From an uncultured delta proteobacterium (GTDB lineage Bacteria; Desulfobacterota; Desulfobacteria; Desulfobacterales; JAFDCJ01): a DNA stretch of 64,000 bases. Below, in pieces: positions 40,162 to 50,597 of the stretch. Made by a program: the position numbers and the translations under genes. Position 1 is the stretch's first letter. Each line of letters starts with the position of its first letter. Where the stretch lies: NCBI GenBank assembly GCA_963769935.1, contig CAVYNY010000007.1, positions 64,001-128,000 on the forward strand, in the 5' to 3' direction. The notes under the pieces were generated by a model. That model saw only the letters and a list, made by a program, of their open reading frames with translations, made no database searches and was not told the DNA's origin.

Positions 40162-40623
40162 ATGGTCAGACCGCTAAAAGAACGCAGGGTGGCATTTAAC
40201 CCGGAAATTAGTTATTTCAAGCCTAGAGGCATTCCCATGTTTGATCTGGAGGAGGTTTGTCTTACCGTTGATCAGCGTGAGGCCATCCGTTTGTCGGATC
40301 TGCTGGGAATGTCCCATGAGGAGGCCGGCCGGCACATGGGGGTTTCCCGGGCAACCTTCGGCCGAATCATACAGCGTGCGCGGCAAACTGTCGCGGATGC
40401 CCTGATCAACGGCAAAGCCATCAATGTCGAAGGCGGTAATTACCAGCTGATCGATTTGGTGCGGATTTTTTATTGCCAGGACTGCCGGCACGAATGGCAT
40501 GAACCTATGGGCACGGGAAGGCCGGAGCAATGCCCCGTCTGCCAAAGCAGCGACTTTTACCGCGTCGGCCAAAAGAAAGCTCAAACGGACCACAAGCCGG
40601 TTAATACGGCTTCTAACCCTTGA
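40162..40623 (+). CDS. DUF134 predicted DNA-binding protein with C-terminal Zn ribbon
   Basis: YFKPRGIP, EAIRLSD, MGVSRATFGRI, EGGNY, CQDC...CPVC. Confidence 0.88.
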   Translation: MVRPLKERRVAFNPEISYFKPRGIPMFDLEEVCLTVDQREAIRLSDLLGMSHEEAGRHMGVSRATFGRIIQRARQTVADALINGKAINVEGGNYQLIDLVRIFYCQDCRHEWHEPMGTGRPEQCPVCQSSDFYRVGQKKAQTDHKPVNTASNP

Positions 40624-40698
40624 AATCACAGTCGTTCATCACCATTATGAGGGTGATGATTTCAGCTACGGATATATTAAACAAGATTGCCTTAACAC

Positions 40699-40899
40699 CC
40701 TAACCCGGACAAGCCGGAACTAAAAAGGACAAATTAATCACGAAAGCACGAAAGGACCCCGGTTAAACAGAGAAAAAAGGTTTAACGGGGCAGGCGAAAA
40801 CACGAAAAGAGAATAAGATAAATTTCGTGCTTTCAAAATTTCGTGTTTTCGTGATGAAAAAAGTTTTTGCATAAAATGCAAAGAATTCACAATTAAGAC
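40699..40899 (+). repeat. Full CACGAAA-family dispersed element with a nested 38-bp hairpin insertion (40757-40794)
   Basis: taacccggacaagccggaactaaaaag...atcacgaaagcacgaaa...tttcgtgctttc...ttcgtgat...caattaagac; collinear with 46225-46384. Confidence 0.85.
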
Positions 40900-40937
40900 T
40901 AATGGTTGGGCTGTCACAAAAAAAAGGAGCGAAAAAA

Positions 40938-41774
40938 ATGGCGGATATTCAGAGCGAAATGCCTAAAAACCCCAAGCAAATTCAGGACGCACAGGAGGCG
41001 GCGGTTAAGGAATCTCTGGGGAAAATTAAAAACAAAATTCTGGTGATGAGCGGCAAAGGCGGGGTGGGTAAAACCAGTACTTCAGTCAATCTCGCCATTG
41101 CCCTGGCCAACAGGGGGTATCAGGTCGGTATCATGGATGTCGATCTTCACGGTCCGGACGTGCCCCGGATGTTGGGACTAACAGGGATTCCGGAGGTCAA
41201 TCAAAATAAAAAACTCAATCCCATAAGTTATTCGAAAAATTTGAAGGTCATCTCCATCGAATCTTTGACACCGAACAAGGATGATGCCATCATTTGGCGG
41301 GGACCGTTAAAATTTTCGGCCATCCGGCAGTTTATCGGAGATGTTGAGTGGGGTAATCTGGATTTTCTGGTTATCGATTCTCCGCCGGGAACCGGGGATG
41401 AACCTTTAACAGTCGCCCAGACCATTACCGACGCCCGGGCGGTCATCGTTACGACGCCTCAGGAGTTGGCCCTGGCGGATGTCAGAAAATCGATCAATTT
41501 CTGCAAAACCGTCAAAATGGAGATTTTCGGTTTAATTGAAAATATGAGCGGTTTTTCCTGTCCGCACTGCGGTGAAATGATAACGCTTTTCGGTTCCGGC
41601 GGTGGTGAAAAAACGGCCAGACAGATGAACATCAAATTCCTGGGTAGCATTCCATTTGATCCCCGAATGGTGACCTGCGGTGATTCGGGTGCGTGCTATC
41701 AGGAAACCCACAGCAATTCAGTCGTGACCAAAGCTTTTGAGGCGGTGGCGGATCGGATGGCCAAACTGTTGTGA
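40938..41774 (+). CDS. Mrp/NBP35 (ApbC) Fe-S cluster carrier ATPase
   Basis: SGKGGVGKT, DVDLHGP, IWRGP, DSPPGTGD, ENMSGFSCPHCG. Confidence 0.93.
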   Translation: MADIQSEMPKNPKQIQDAQEAAVKESLGKIKNKILVMSGKGGVGKTSTSVNLAIALANRGYQVGIMDVDLHGPDVPRMLGLTGIPEVNQNKKLNPISYSKNLKVISIESLTPNKDDAIIWRGPLKFSAIRQFIGDVEWGNLDFLVIDSPPGTGDEPLTVAQTITDARAVIVTTPQELALADVRKSINFCKTVKMEIFGLIENMSGFSCPHCGEMITLFGSGGGEKTARQMNIKFLGSIPFDPRMVTCGDSGACYQETHSNSVVTKAFEAVADRMAKLL

Positions 41775-41787
41775 AGTGAGGACTTTT

Positions 41788-42291
41788 ATGCAATTTACCG
41801 TCACCACCCTGGTGGAAAATACGGTTGCGCAGGGTGGCAAATCACTGCTGGCAGAGCACGGTCTGTCGTTTTACATTGAGGCCGGTGAGCGCAGAATATT
41901 ATTCGACACCGGTCAGAATCTCGCCCTTACCAACAATGCCCGTCAACTGGGTATCGAGCTCAATAAAATCGATACCGCGATTTTAAGCCACGGCCATTAT
42001 GATCACACGGGCGGGCTGCAGAGTCTGCTCGAATGCAACTCAAATTTTACCCTGCATGCGCATCCGGATGTTTTCAGTCATAAAGTGAAGCAACAAAATG
42101 ACAGCTACAAATATATCGGCATTCCCCTTGATAAAGGTGCCATCGAAAAACGGGGGGCGGCGGTTAAGCTGGAAAAAAATCCCGTCGAAATCGCTCCCGG
42201 CATCATGACCTCCGGAGAAATTCCTCTGATCAATGAATTTGGAGACCGCGTTTTTCTCAACACCGTGGGCAATCAAATGGAGTTTTTTTAA
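41788..42291 (+). pseudogene. MBL-fold metallohydrolase (7,8-dihydropterin-related family) with in-frame internal deletion
   Basis: EHGLSF, LFDTG, SHGHYDHTGG present; GEIPLINEF joins directly to a terminal-like GDRVFLNTVG, and the DDxA/GCxH/GGxH/HCTG segment is missing. Confidence 0.75.
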
Positions 42292-42561
42292 ACGGCGCCA
42301 AAATCACCCATTTTATTCCAACACTGAAAACCTGGTCCTGTGGGCCAGGTCAGAGGAGATTGGCTTTGCCGTGAATCCCGCTCGCAGCGGGATGGAGTGA
42401 TGGCCCGCCCTGGCGCGACTCTTTTCTAAGTTGTTGGTATCTGAGTGAAATGATTAAATATTTTAGCCGGGCAGACTTTCTATGAAATCGGTCTGGGCCA
42501 GGGAATACTGGGTTGGGCGGAATTAGATCTGTTTTTATACTGTACCCTTTCCGGATGGATG

Positions 42562-43044
42562 CTAACTGAACCGCCCGTCATCCACCGCCCCCTCAATTTT
42601 CCTGGTCTTCTGGCCGATCCAGCCGACCCGCTCGACTTTACGGACGTCAAACTCCGGAACATACGGTTTGACATCCAGCAGCGGTGTGCCGTCCACCACA
42701 TCGATATCCCTGACCGTCAGGATGCCGTTTGTTAGGCCGACCAGCCGCACTACCGACAGTCCGATGGGGTTCGGTCGTGACGGGGCCCGGGTGGCGAAAA
42801 GGCCCCGCCGGCGGTCATCCAGAAACGGCGTTACTTTCAAAGAGAATTTTTTAGACAGGTGAAAATGATAGATCAGATAAATGTGGGAAAACCCCGCCAA
42901 ATCATCCAGGCCTGCGGTATATTCCGCAAATAACTCAATGCTGCCTTCAACGTCCGTGGCGGCCGTCGGCTGGATGGGTGTGCCTTCAGGAGTTTTGAAC
43001 GGTGAATGAATTATTCCGATGGGGCGGTACATGATCAGGTTCAT
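42562..43044 (-). CDS. tsaA: tRNA (N6-threonylcarbamoyladenosine(37)-N6)-methyltransferase TrmO family
   Basis: PIGIIHSPF, FSHIYLIYHFH, GLFATRAPSRPNPIGLS, DGTPLLDVKPY. Confidence 0.9.
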   Translation of the reverse strand: MNLIMYRPIGIIHSPFKTPEGTPIQPTAATDVEGSIELFAEYTAGLDDLAGFSHIYLIYHFHLSKKFSLKVTPFLDDRRRGLFATRAPSRPNPIGLSVVRLVGLTNGILTVRDIDVVDGTPLLDVKPYVPEFDVRKVERVGWIGQKTRKIEGAVDDGRFS

Positions 43045-43053
43045 CTTGATATC

Positions 43054-43254
43054 CTAACCGGCAGCGGCCCTTGTCTTCTCATCTTCATCCAGATTGCCTT
43101 TGCGTTTGGTTAAAAAGTGAATGGGGCAAGCTGACCGATATTTACAGTATAATCCCGGGTCGCGGCATACCAGGCAATCCTCGCACATGTAAAGATTGTG
43201 TTTCAGGCAAGCATAACTGGTTTCTTTTTCAGGGTGATTCACGCAACTTCCCAA
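43054..43254 (-). CDS. Small Cys-rich (B-box-like) protein
   Basis: CxxH...CxxH...CxxC..C...C...C in 66 aa; AGAGGAGA RBS before TTG; 9 bp from tsaA. Confidence 0.7.
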   Translation of the reverse strand: MGSCVNHPEKETSYACLKHNLYMCEDCLVCRDPGLYCKYRSACPIHFLTKRKGNLDEDEKTRAAAG

Positions 43255-43544
43255 ATTGGTTTTCTCCTCTTTGCCCGGAAGCTCAATTCCGGATCATAAC
43301 TCAATCGGCTTTTAAGATAATCTTAATTTGCAAATTTTTCAAGCCGCCAATCTATTTCTGCAATTGGCGGACCACCAATTTCAAACCGCCTGCGAACCGC
43401 CCCTTACCCTGCCTGAGACAACCGCTTCCTATCATTCAACTGATTCCGGAGCCATATCGGAATTGAAGAAAAAAAGTTAAAGCTTTTGAAATTACTGACG
43501 ATACAAGTTAACAGCGTGCAGTCCGAACCTGCCCCTAAGGTGGG

Positions 43545-44318
43545 TTGACAAAAGAAAGGAAACCACAAACGGTGAACCCTGACCCCCTGAACGCCGCTAA
43601 AAAAAATATTTGCATCACCTTATTGATATTGCTCGGTTCCATATGCTCGACCGCCATGGCCGGTAATATCCCTTCTGAAATCATTATGGCCAGCGAAGAG
43701 TGGACCAACGCCACCAACCGCGACGGCACCGGGCTATACTGGGATATATTTAGAGCCGTCTATGAACCGGTGGGCATCAAGACCAGATTTATCATTCAAT
43801 CGTTTAATGGGTCGGTGAGCCTGGTTAAAAAAAACAGGGTCGATGCCGCCGTCGGAATCTATCCGGAAATGATCGAGGGCGCCCTGTTTTCCCAGTATCC
43901 TTTCATTAAAGATTATGTGCTGGCATTATTCAAAAAGAACAGGGTATCGCAGTGGAACGGCCAGAAAACGCTTCAGGATAAAAAGGTTGCCTGGCTTAAA
44001 GGGTACGCTTACGACAAATATCTGGAAGTGCCGGTGGTTAAAGAAGAATTCGACCGGAGGGAGAATATTCTGCGCCGGCTCGATCAAAACAACATCGACT
44101 TCTTCATTGATTCCCGCAACGACATGGAATCAGTCCTAAATCAAGGCATTATCGAAGTCAGCCGCTACACCGTAGAAACAGTTCTGGAGCTCGATCGGTA
44201 CCTGGTGTTTGCGAACAATCCCAAGGGCAAGACACTCAAAGAGATATTTGACCATCGATTCCCGAGCTTGGTCCAATCCGGTGAAATCGAGAAATTATCT
44301 GCCAAATGGAACTGGTGA
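43545..44318 (+). CDS. Family 3 solute-binding protein; true start may be downstream
   Basis: Signal peptide, DGTGLYWDIF, VQSGEIEKLSAKW. Confidence 0.75.
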   Translation: MTKERKPQTVNPDPLNAAKKNICITLLILLGSICSTAMAGNIPSEIIMASEEWTNATNRDGTGLYWDIFRAVYEPVGIKTRFIIQSFNGSVSLVKKNRVDAAVGIYPEMIEGALFSQYPFIKDYVLALFKKNRVSQWNGQKTLQDKKVAWLKGYAYDKYLEVPVVKEEFDRRENILRRLDQNNIDFFIDSRNDMESVLNQGIIEVSRYTVETVLELDRYLVFANNPKGKTLKEIFDHRFPSLVQSGEIEKLSAKWNW

Positions 44319-44702
44319 TCCGATAGCGACAATCGGATTCCGGATTGCAGATTTCAGCCCCTTTTATCATTCAATATTCGATGTTGGACGTTTCACGCCG
44401 TGGCGTGATGCGACGTTCAATTTGTTAACCGGCCCCCTACCACGGAAAGTTTCATATGACGCAAACCGCCGGTATCTGAACCTCTGAATCCCTGAACGGG
44501 AGCCAAACCCTTCGACTTTCAACTATTCAAAAAATTGCATTGCCATCGAATCATAATTAACTTAATCTAATTAATCCGCTGCAGTTTCGATCAAGCAAGT
44601 TTTTCTATTTTTCAAAGATTCACATTCAACCCGAGCATGCTTTTTTTCAAGGCGGATTAATTCGCCCGAAACGTGTTAACCCGAGCAGAAAGTCAAAAAA
44701 AG

Positions 44703-46307
44703 ATGGCCAAAAATAAGACCTACGCCAACGACCTATCCGGGGCGGAAGAAAAAATATTACTGGTGGACGACAATACCACCAATCTCCAATTGCTGCATGG
44801 AACCCTGGATGGTCTGGGCTATAAGCTTCTCATTGCCAAAAATGGGAAAGCCGCCCTGGCAATTGCCGGCAAAGCCAAACCCTCGCTCATTCTGCTGGAT
44901 ATTATGATGCCGGAGATGGATGGTTATGAGGTGTGCCGCCGGTTGAAATCGGAAGAAAGTACATCTCAGATTCCCGTAATATTCATTAGCGCACTGGCGG
45001 ATGAAGAGGATGAAGCCAAGGGGCTTGGGATGGGCGCGGTGGATTATATCACCAAGCCGATTAAACCGGAACTGGTCCGGGCGCGGGTGCGCAATCATCT
45101 GGAACTGAAACGGTACCAGGACCATTTGGAAAAGCTGGTAGAGGAGCGCACACGGCGGCTGGCGTTGACCCAGGCGGTGACCATTGAAAGCCTGGCAACC
45201 CTGGCCGAATACCGGGACCCCGAGACCGGCGGCCACATCAAGCGGACGCAAAATTATCTGAAAGCGCTGGCTGTAAAACTTAAGGATCATCCCCGATTCC
45301 GTGATGAGCTGCGGGATGATATCATCGAGCTGCTCTATCTGTCCGCCCCGCTGCATGATTTAGGGAAGGTGGGCGTGCGGGACAATGTGCTGCTCAAAGC
45401 CGATCAACTGACAGACGAAGAATTTGAGGAGATGAAAAAACACACGATTTACGGCGAAGAAGCCTTGCGCATTACGGAACAGAAATTGGGCGGCGATTCC
45501 TTCCTGCATTATGCCAGAGAAATAGCTTATACCCATCAGGAAAAATGGAACGGGACCGGATACCCGCGGGGCTTGAAAGGTGATGAAATCCCGCTTTCCG
45601 GGCGTTTAATGGCCCTGGCGGACGTATATGATGCGCTGATCAGCAAACGCATATACAAACCGCCGTTTCCCCATGAAAAGGCTGTAAAGATCATTGGTGA
45701 GGGCAAGGGCCAACATTTTGATCCCGATATGGTAGATGCTTTCCTTGAACTGGAAGACACCTTCCGCAACATCGCGCTGACCTTTGCCGATTTCGAGGAG
45801 GAGCGGCAGATGCTCCGCGGCGCGAATGCACTCCGCTCCAGGGACTGCGGGCAGATTGAGAATATCCTGCTGGCTGAAGACAATGAAATCAATCTGGAAA
45901 TTATGCGCAGCCAGCTGACTTCATTGGGTTACAAGGTAGACACGGCGCTGAACGGAAAAGAAGCGCTGGAAAAGTTTAAAAAAAATAAATATGACGTGGT
46001 TTTGACGGATATTGAAATGCCGGAAATGAACGGCTATGAATTGGCGGCGGCGATTCGCCGCCTGAAAGAGAATGCGGGGTATGCTGCCCCGGTGCTTGCC
46101 ATCACCGCCAGTGAATTCGATTTAAATGAGGAGCGGGCCGTATCCATGGGATTTACCGGCTACATGCTCAAGCCGCTCGACCTCGAATTGCTCAAATCCA
46201 AATTTGCCGATATCGTTTGTAATCCCTGCCCCGAACCGGCCGGAGCTAAAAAAGAGATTAATCACGAAAGCACGAAAGAACGAAAACACGAAAAAGAGAG
46301 TAGATAA
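44703..46307 (+). CDS. REC-HD-GYP-REC c-di-GMP phosphodiesterase response regulator
   Basis: ILLVDD/LLDIMMP, RDPETGGH, LHDLGK, HQEKWNGTGYP, ADVYDAL, second REC (LAEDN, TDIEMP, KP). Confidence 0.92.
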   Translation: MAKNKTYANDLSGAEEKILLVDDNTTNLQLLHGTLDGLGYKLLIAKNGKAALAIAGKAKPSLILLDIMMPEMDGYEVCRRLKSEESTSQIPVIFISALADEEDEAKGLGMGAVDYITKPIKPELVRARVRNHLELKRYQDHLEKLVEERTRRLALTQAVTIESLATLAEYRDPETGGHIKRTQNYLKALAVKLKDHPRFRDELRDDIIELLYLSAPLHDLGKVGVRDNVLLKADQLTDEEFEEMKKHTIYGEEALRITEQKLGGDSFLHYAREIAYTHQEKWNGTGYPRGLKGDEIPLSGRLMALADVYDALISKRIYKPPFPHEKAVKIIGEGKGQHFDPDMVDAFLELEDTFRNIALTFADFEEERQMLRGANALRSRDCGQIENILLAEDNEINLEIMRSQLTSLGYKVDTALNGKEALEKFKKNKYDVVLTDIEMPEMNGYELAAAIRRLKENAGYAAPVLAITASEFDLNEERAVSMGFTGYMLKPLDLELLKSKFADIVCNPCPEPAGAKKEINHESTKERKHEKESR

Positions 46308-46384
46308 ATTTCGTGCTTTCTATATTTCGTGTTTTTGTGATAAAAAAGTTTCTTCATAAAATGTAAGGAAATAGCAATTAAGAC
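46225..46384 (+). repeat. Full CACGAAA-family dispersed element overlapping the 3' end of the HD-GYP gene
   Basis: gccggagctaaaaaagagattaatcacgaaagcacgaaag...tttcgtgctttc...caattaagac. Confidence 0.85.
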
Positions 46385-46490
46385 GAACCCTTAAAAACCT
46401 TAATCTGCTAAAACAGTTTGACTTTCGATTAGCCCCTGATGTAAGAGACAAAAACTTTTGTCGTCACTAACATCCCAAAGGAGAAAACAA

Positions 46491-47288
46491 ATGAAAAAAG
46501 CGTTCGCTCTAACACTTGCGGCGGTGATGCTACTGGTGGTGGTCAATATCGCCGCAGCGGGCAAAGCATTGGATAAGGTCCTCAAAAAAGGGGAGCTGGT
46601 GGTGGCCATCACCGGTTCACAGCCGCCGCTGAATGCAACCGATAAAACGGGTAAGATCATCGGTTATGATGCCGATATTGCTCAATTGATCGCCAGAAAT
46701 ATGGGCGTGAAATTAAAATTTGCCACCATGCCTTTTCCTGATTTGCTGACGGCTTTAAAAGCAGGTAAAGTGGATATGGTGCTGTCCGGCATGACCATGA
46801 CTCTGGAACGCAACCTGAGTGTGGCTTTTGTCGGACCGTATTATGTCTCCGGCAAGGGAATTTTGACCAAAGCTCAAAGCATCGGCGCCATACAGCAGGC
46901 TGAAGGACTGAATAACCCGGATTTTAAAGTGGCCGTGCTGCAAAATTCGACCAGTCAAACATTCGTTGAGCAAGCTGCACCAAAGGCCAAGCTGGTGCCG
47001 ACCAAATCCTATGACGAAGCCATCGAGCTGCTCTTTAAGGACAAAGTCGATGCACTTGTGGCCGATTATCCCTTCTGTGCTTTTTCTGCTTTCCGCTACC
47101 AGGACAAAGGCCTGGTTGCCGGCCAATCAAAGTTTACCGTTGAACCGTTGGGAATTGCCGTGCCCGAGGACACGCTGCTGATCAACTGGCTGGGCAATTT
47201 TTTAAGCATGCTTGAAGCCAGCGGTCAAATGAAGGCGCTGAATAAACGCTGGTTTCAAGACGGTTCCTGGATAAAGCAACTTCCTTAA
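46491..47288 (+). CDS. Amino acid ABC-type solute-binding protein (family 3)
   Basis: Signal peptide, GELVV, IGYDADIA, SGMTMTLER, FVGPY. Confidence 0.88.
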   Translation: MKKAFALTLAAVMLLVVVNIAAAGKALDKVLKKGELVVAITGSQPPLNATDKTGKIIGYDADIAQLIARNMGVKLKFATMPFPDLLTALKAGKVDMVLSGMTMTLERNLSVAFVGPYYVSGKGILTKAQSIGAIQQAEGLNNPDFKVAVLQNSTSQTFVEQAAPKAKLVPTKSYDEAIELLFKDKVDALVADYPFCAFSAFRYQDKGLVAGQSKFTVEPLGIAVPEDTLLINWLGNFLSMLEASGQMKALNKRWFQDGSWIKQLP

Positions 47289-47300
47289 AAAAAGGAGGTC

Positions 47301-47531
47301 GTGAAGATGAGATTAATAAGAGTGGGGGCGCTGATCCTTATGGTTCTTGTGAGCGTAGGGCTGACGGCCTGCGGCGGGAAGAGAACTAAATCCGATGTCA
47401 AAACTGAGACGATTACTACCACCCTGGGACAGGAACTGCTGGACTTGCATAAAGCTTACAAGGACGGAATTATTACCCAGAAAGAATATGAAAAAGCCAG
47501 ACAGGCCCTCATAGATAAAAGAACCGAATAG
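47301..47531 (+). CDS. SHOCT-domain lipoprotein
   Basis: LTAC lipobox; GQELLDLHKAYKDGIITQKEYEKAR. Confidence 0.82.
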   Translation: MKMRLIRVGALILMVLVSVGLTACGGKRTKSDVKTETITTTLGQELLDLHKAYKDGIITQKEYEKARQALIDKRTE

Positions 47532-47533
47532 AA

Positions 47534-47579
47534 ATAAATCCGGCGGATCGCCAAAAATACGGCGATCCGCCGGATTTAT
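47534..47579. terminator. Bidirectional hairpin between convergent genes
   Basis: Perfect 19-bp IR ataaatccggcggatcgcc / ggcgatccgccggatttat. Confidence 0.75.
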
Positions 47580-50401
47580 ATTGACTTCCCTCTTTCATAG
47601 GAAGAAGCCGACCGCTCGAGGCCTTCATCCAGTACCCGCCGGATAATTCCGGCGAGATCCTTTATCACCACGGGTTTCATAAGCAATTCCCGGATGCCGA
47701 TTTCATTGGCGACATCCGGGTTGATTCTGGCGCTGTATCCGGTACAAACGATTATCGGTATGGCCGGGCGGATGGCGATGAGTTCCCTCGCCAGAACATC
47801 GCCGGGCATGTGCGGCATGGTCATGTCGGTAATAACCAAATCGAATTTATCCGGTGCCTGCCGGAATGCGTCAAGGGCTTCGATACTGCTGCCGCAGGTG
47901 GTCAGCCGATATCCCAGGCGGGTCAACATCTTTTTGGCGATATCCGTCTGAAACGGCTCATCGTCTACAAACAGGATATGCTCCATTCCGGTGAGCATAA
48001 GGTTGGCGGATTCGTTTTGCGGACTCAATTCGGACTCATTCGCCGGGAAATATAGCTTGAAAACGGATCCCTGTCCCGGTGTGCTGTCGACCGTTATCGC
48101 CCCGCCATGGCTCTTGACAATGCCGTGAACCACGGAGAGCCCCATGCCGGTGCCTTCCCCCTTTTTTTTGGTGGAAAAAAAGGGGTCAAAGATGCGTTCC
48201 ATTACCTCCGGTGACATTCCATGTCCCGTGTCACTCACCGTCAGTCGTACAAATTTTCCCGGTTTCAGATCAGGATGCTGTTTGATGAAGTCCTCATCCA
48301 GGTCAACATCTTCAAGGTTCACCTGGAGGATGCCGCCATTCGCCTGCATTGCATAGCCGGCATTGGTGCACAGATTCATTATAACCTGGTGAATATTGGT
48401 GGCATCCGAAATGACTGCCAGATTGGACTTTATGCTGTTTCGAATCTCTATCGTCGACGGCAGGGATGCCCGGAGCAATTTGAGCGCCTCATTGACGATC
48501 AGGTTGATCCTGACCGGTTGCATCTCGTGCTCGCGCTGGCGGCTGTATGTAAGAATATGCTGCACCAGCTCTCGGGCGCGACCGCCGGCCATCAATACCT
48601 GTTTTAAATTGCCGCGAATCGCAGAATCCTGGGGTAGATCGATCAGGGACAGCTCCGTATATCCCAGAATGGCGGATAATATATTGTTAAAATCATGGGC
48701 GATACCGCCGGCCAATGTGCCGATGGCTTCCATTTTCTGAGCCTGAGCCAGTCGCTTTTCAAGCTGCCATTTTTCAGTAACATCAATGCCGACGCACAAT
48801 ATTTCTTTGACCCGGTTTTCGGCATCATAAATTGCCTTGTTCATCCAAGCTATCCGCACCCGTTCACCGTTGCGTCGCAGATTCTCGTTTTCGTTGGAAG
48901 TAAAGCGTTCAGGCTGGGTGCCCATGTCCTTGATCATGGCTTCCAGATCGAAGCCGTTTCGGTCGACTTGCGGTACGATGGTGCCGATCACATTCTTGCC
49001 GAGGATCTCTTCCTCACTGTATCCGAAAAAGGTCTGGGCGTATTTATTAAAAAAAATTATGTTGCCGGCGGTGTCCATGCGCAGGATAATGCTGTTGACG
49101 CTTTGAACGAGCTCACGATGTTTACGCTCACTATCGCGCAAAGCGGCCTCGGCCTTGTTTCTTTCCGTAATCATGCGGTTGGCCGCGCGTGCCAGGGTTT
49201 CAAATTCCTTAAAATGCAGATTTTCGGAGTCGATTTTAGCTGATTCAGTGGCGGCCGTTGACAAAAATGCGGAAAATTGGTTGAAACTCCTGCTTATTCT
49301 GTCGGTAACAAGCTTGGCGGTGATAAAAATGAACAACACAACGGCCGCCAGAATGATAATGATTTTGAAAAGGTTGCTTCTGATTCTTTTCTGCAAGGCA
49401 TCTCTTTTGTGTTGAATGATGGTTTCGATTTTATCCACATTGACCCCGGCCCCCACATACCACTTCCATTCCGGGATACCGGTGGTGTAGCTCAGCTTGT
49501 TGTAGGTGACATCGCTGTTGAATTTCGGCATAACATAACTGACGAATCCACCCCCCGACCTGGCAGCCTTGATCAATTCGCGGACAATCTTAACGCCGTT
49601 CGCATCGGTGACGTCTGCCATATTCCGGCCTTTGGCCGGGTTTACCAGACTTAAGCCGTCCCATTGACCTGCAAATATATAGCCGTCATCGCCAAAGGTT
49701 ATATTTTCCAATCGCGCCAGAACTTCCTGCTGGATATCGTTGACCACATCATCCGGATATTCGCCGGTTCCGATCAACCAATCAAACGGTTCAAAATGCT
49801 TTATGTATGCAATTTTGGGAAAATCTTTTCCGATACTCTGCGGCTTGGTCCATGCATAGCGGTAAAATCCTTGACCGGATTTTTTGACCAAATCGATCAT
49901 ATCCCGGATCACAGATTTGCCCTGCGTATCCTGCATACCGATAAGATTCAGGCCTTCCATTTCAGGCCTGTCGGCAGACAGGATTTCGACGCCGTCCAAA
50001 CGGGTTATAAAATAATACCCGCGCTGATTGTTATAGCGAATGGGCCGTAACGCATCTATAATGATCTGTTTTATTTCGGCAGGACTTTTACTCGTCTTGT
50101 TCCGGTTGTATAAATTCAGGGCAATGTCATAAGCTTCATTTGTTCGATCTTTTATTATCTGTTTTAACCTTTCTTCGGCCTGGGATCTTTTGTATTCAAT
50201 ATAGTCGATGACTTTGTCCGTCTCTGCTTTGATGAGGCTCTTTTGGGTGTCTAAATAGTCTTCTCGCAAGGTAACCGCTTCCTTCTTAAACCGCGCATAC
50301 TCATTTAATATCCACAGCGATCCGACCAGGCACACGGAAATAAAAGCCGGAATTACCATACTGTAAAGGAATATCTTTGTGACGTTGTATTTTGTTTTCA
50401 T
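47576..50401 (-). CDS. Hybrid histidine kinase (two Cache domains, PAS, HisKA, HATPase, REC)
   Basis: GYYF...DTQGK...WLIGTG repeated; GGIAHDFNN, NLCTNA, GTGMGL, ILFVDDE. Confidence 0.93.
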   Translation of the reverse strand: MKTKYNVTKIFLYSMVIPAFISVCLVGSLWILNEYARFKKEAVTLREDYLDTQKSLIKAETDKVIDYIEYKRSQAEERLKQIIKDRTNEAYDIALNLYNRNKTSKSPAEIKQIIIDALRPIRYNNQRGYYFITRLDGVEILSADRPEMEGLNLIGMQDTQGKSVIRDMIDLVKKSGQGFYRYAWTKPQSIGKDFPKIAYIKHFEPFDWLIGTGEYPDDVVNDIQQEVLARLENITFGDDGYIFAGQWDGLSLVNPAKGRNMADVTDANGVKIVRELIKAARSGGGFVSYVMPKFNSDVTYNKLSYTTGIPEWKWYVGAGVNVDKIETIIQHKRDALQKRIRSNLFKIIIILAAVVLFIFITAKLVTDRISRSFNQFSAFLSTAATESAKIDSENLHFKEFETLARAANRMITERNKAEAALRDSERKHRELVQSVNSIILRMDTAGNIIFFNKYAQTFFGYSEEEILGKNVIGTIVPQVDRNGFDLEAMIKDMGTQPERFTSNENENLRRNGERVRIAWMNKAIYDAENRVKEILCVGIDVTEKWQLEKRLAQAQKMEAIGTLAGGIAHDFNNILSAILGYTELSLIDLPQDSAIRGNLKQVLMAGGRARELVQHILTYSRQREHEMQPVRINLIVNEALKLLRASLPSTIEIRNSIKSNLAVISDATNIHQVIMNLCTNAGYAMQANGGILQVNLEDVDLDEDFIKQHPDLKPGKFVRLTVSDTGHGMSPEVMERIFDPFFSTKKKGEGTGMGLSVVHGIVKSHGGAITVDSTPGQGSVFKLYFPANESELSPQNESANLMLTGMEHILFVDDEPFQTDIAKKMLTRLGYRLTTCGSSIEALDAFRQAPDKFDLVITDMTMPHMPGDVLARELIAIRPAIPIIVCTGYSARINPDVANEIGIRELLMKPVVIKDLAGIIRRVLDEGLERSASSYERGKSI

Positions 50402-50597
50402 TAGCTCACTCTAAAATAAACCCCGGGCTCCCGGTGTTGCCGAAAGCCGGTTCGCCAAGACGGATTGCCTGCAAGTTGAAGCAATAATCCTTAAAACTAA
50501 CACCTGCTATCCATTATTTCAAGAAATGGAAGCGAAAGGCGAAAAATGAGTAAAGTTAGGCCTTTTCCCGGTTTGCCCGTGCCGGAGAGGGCAGCTC

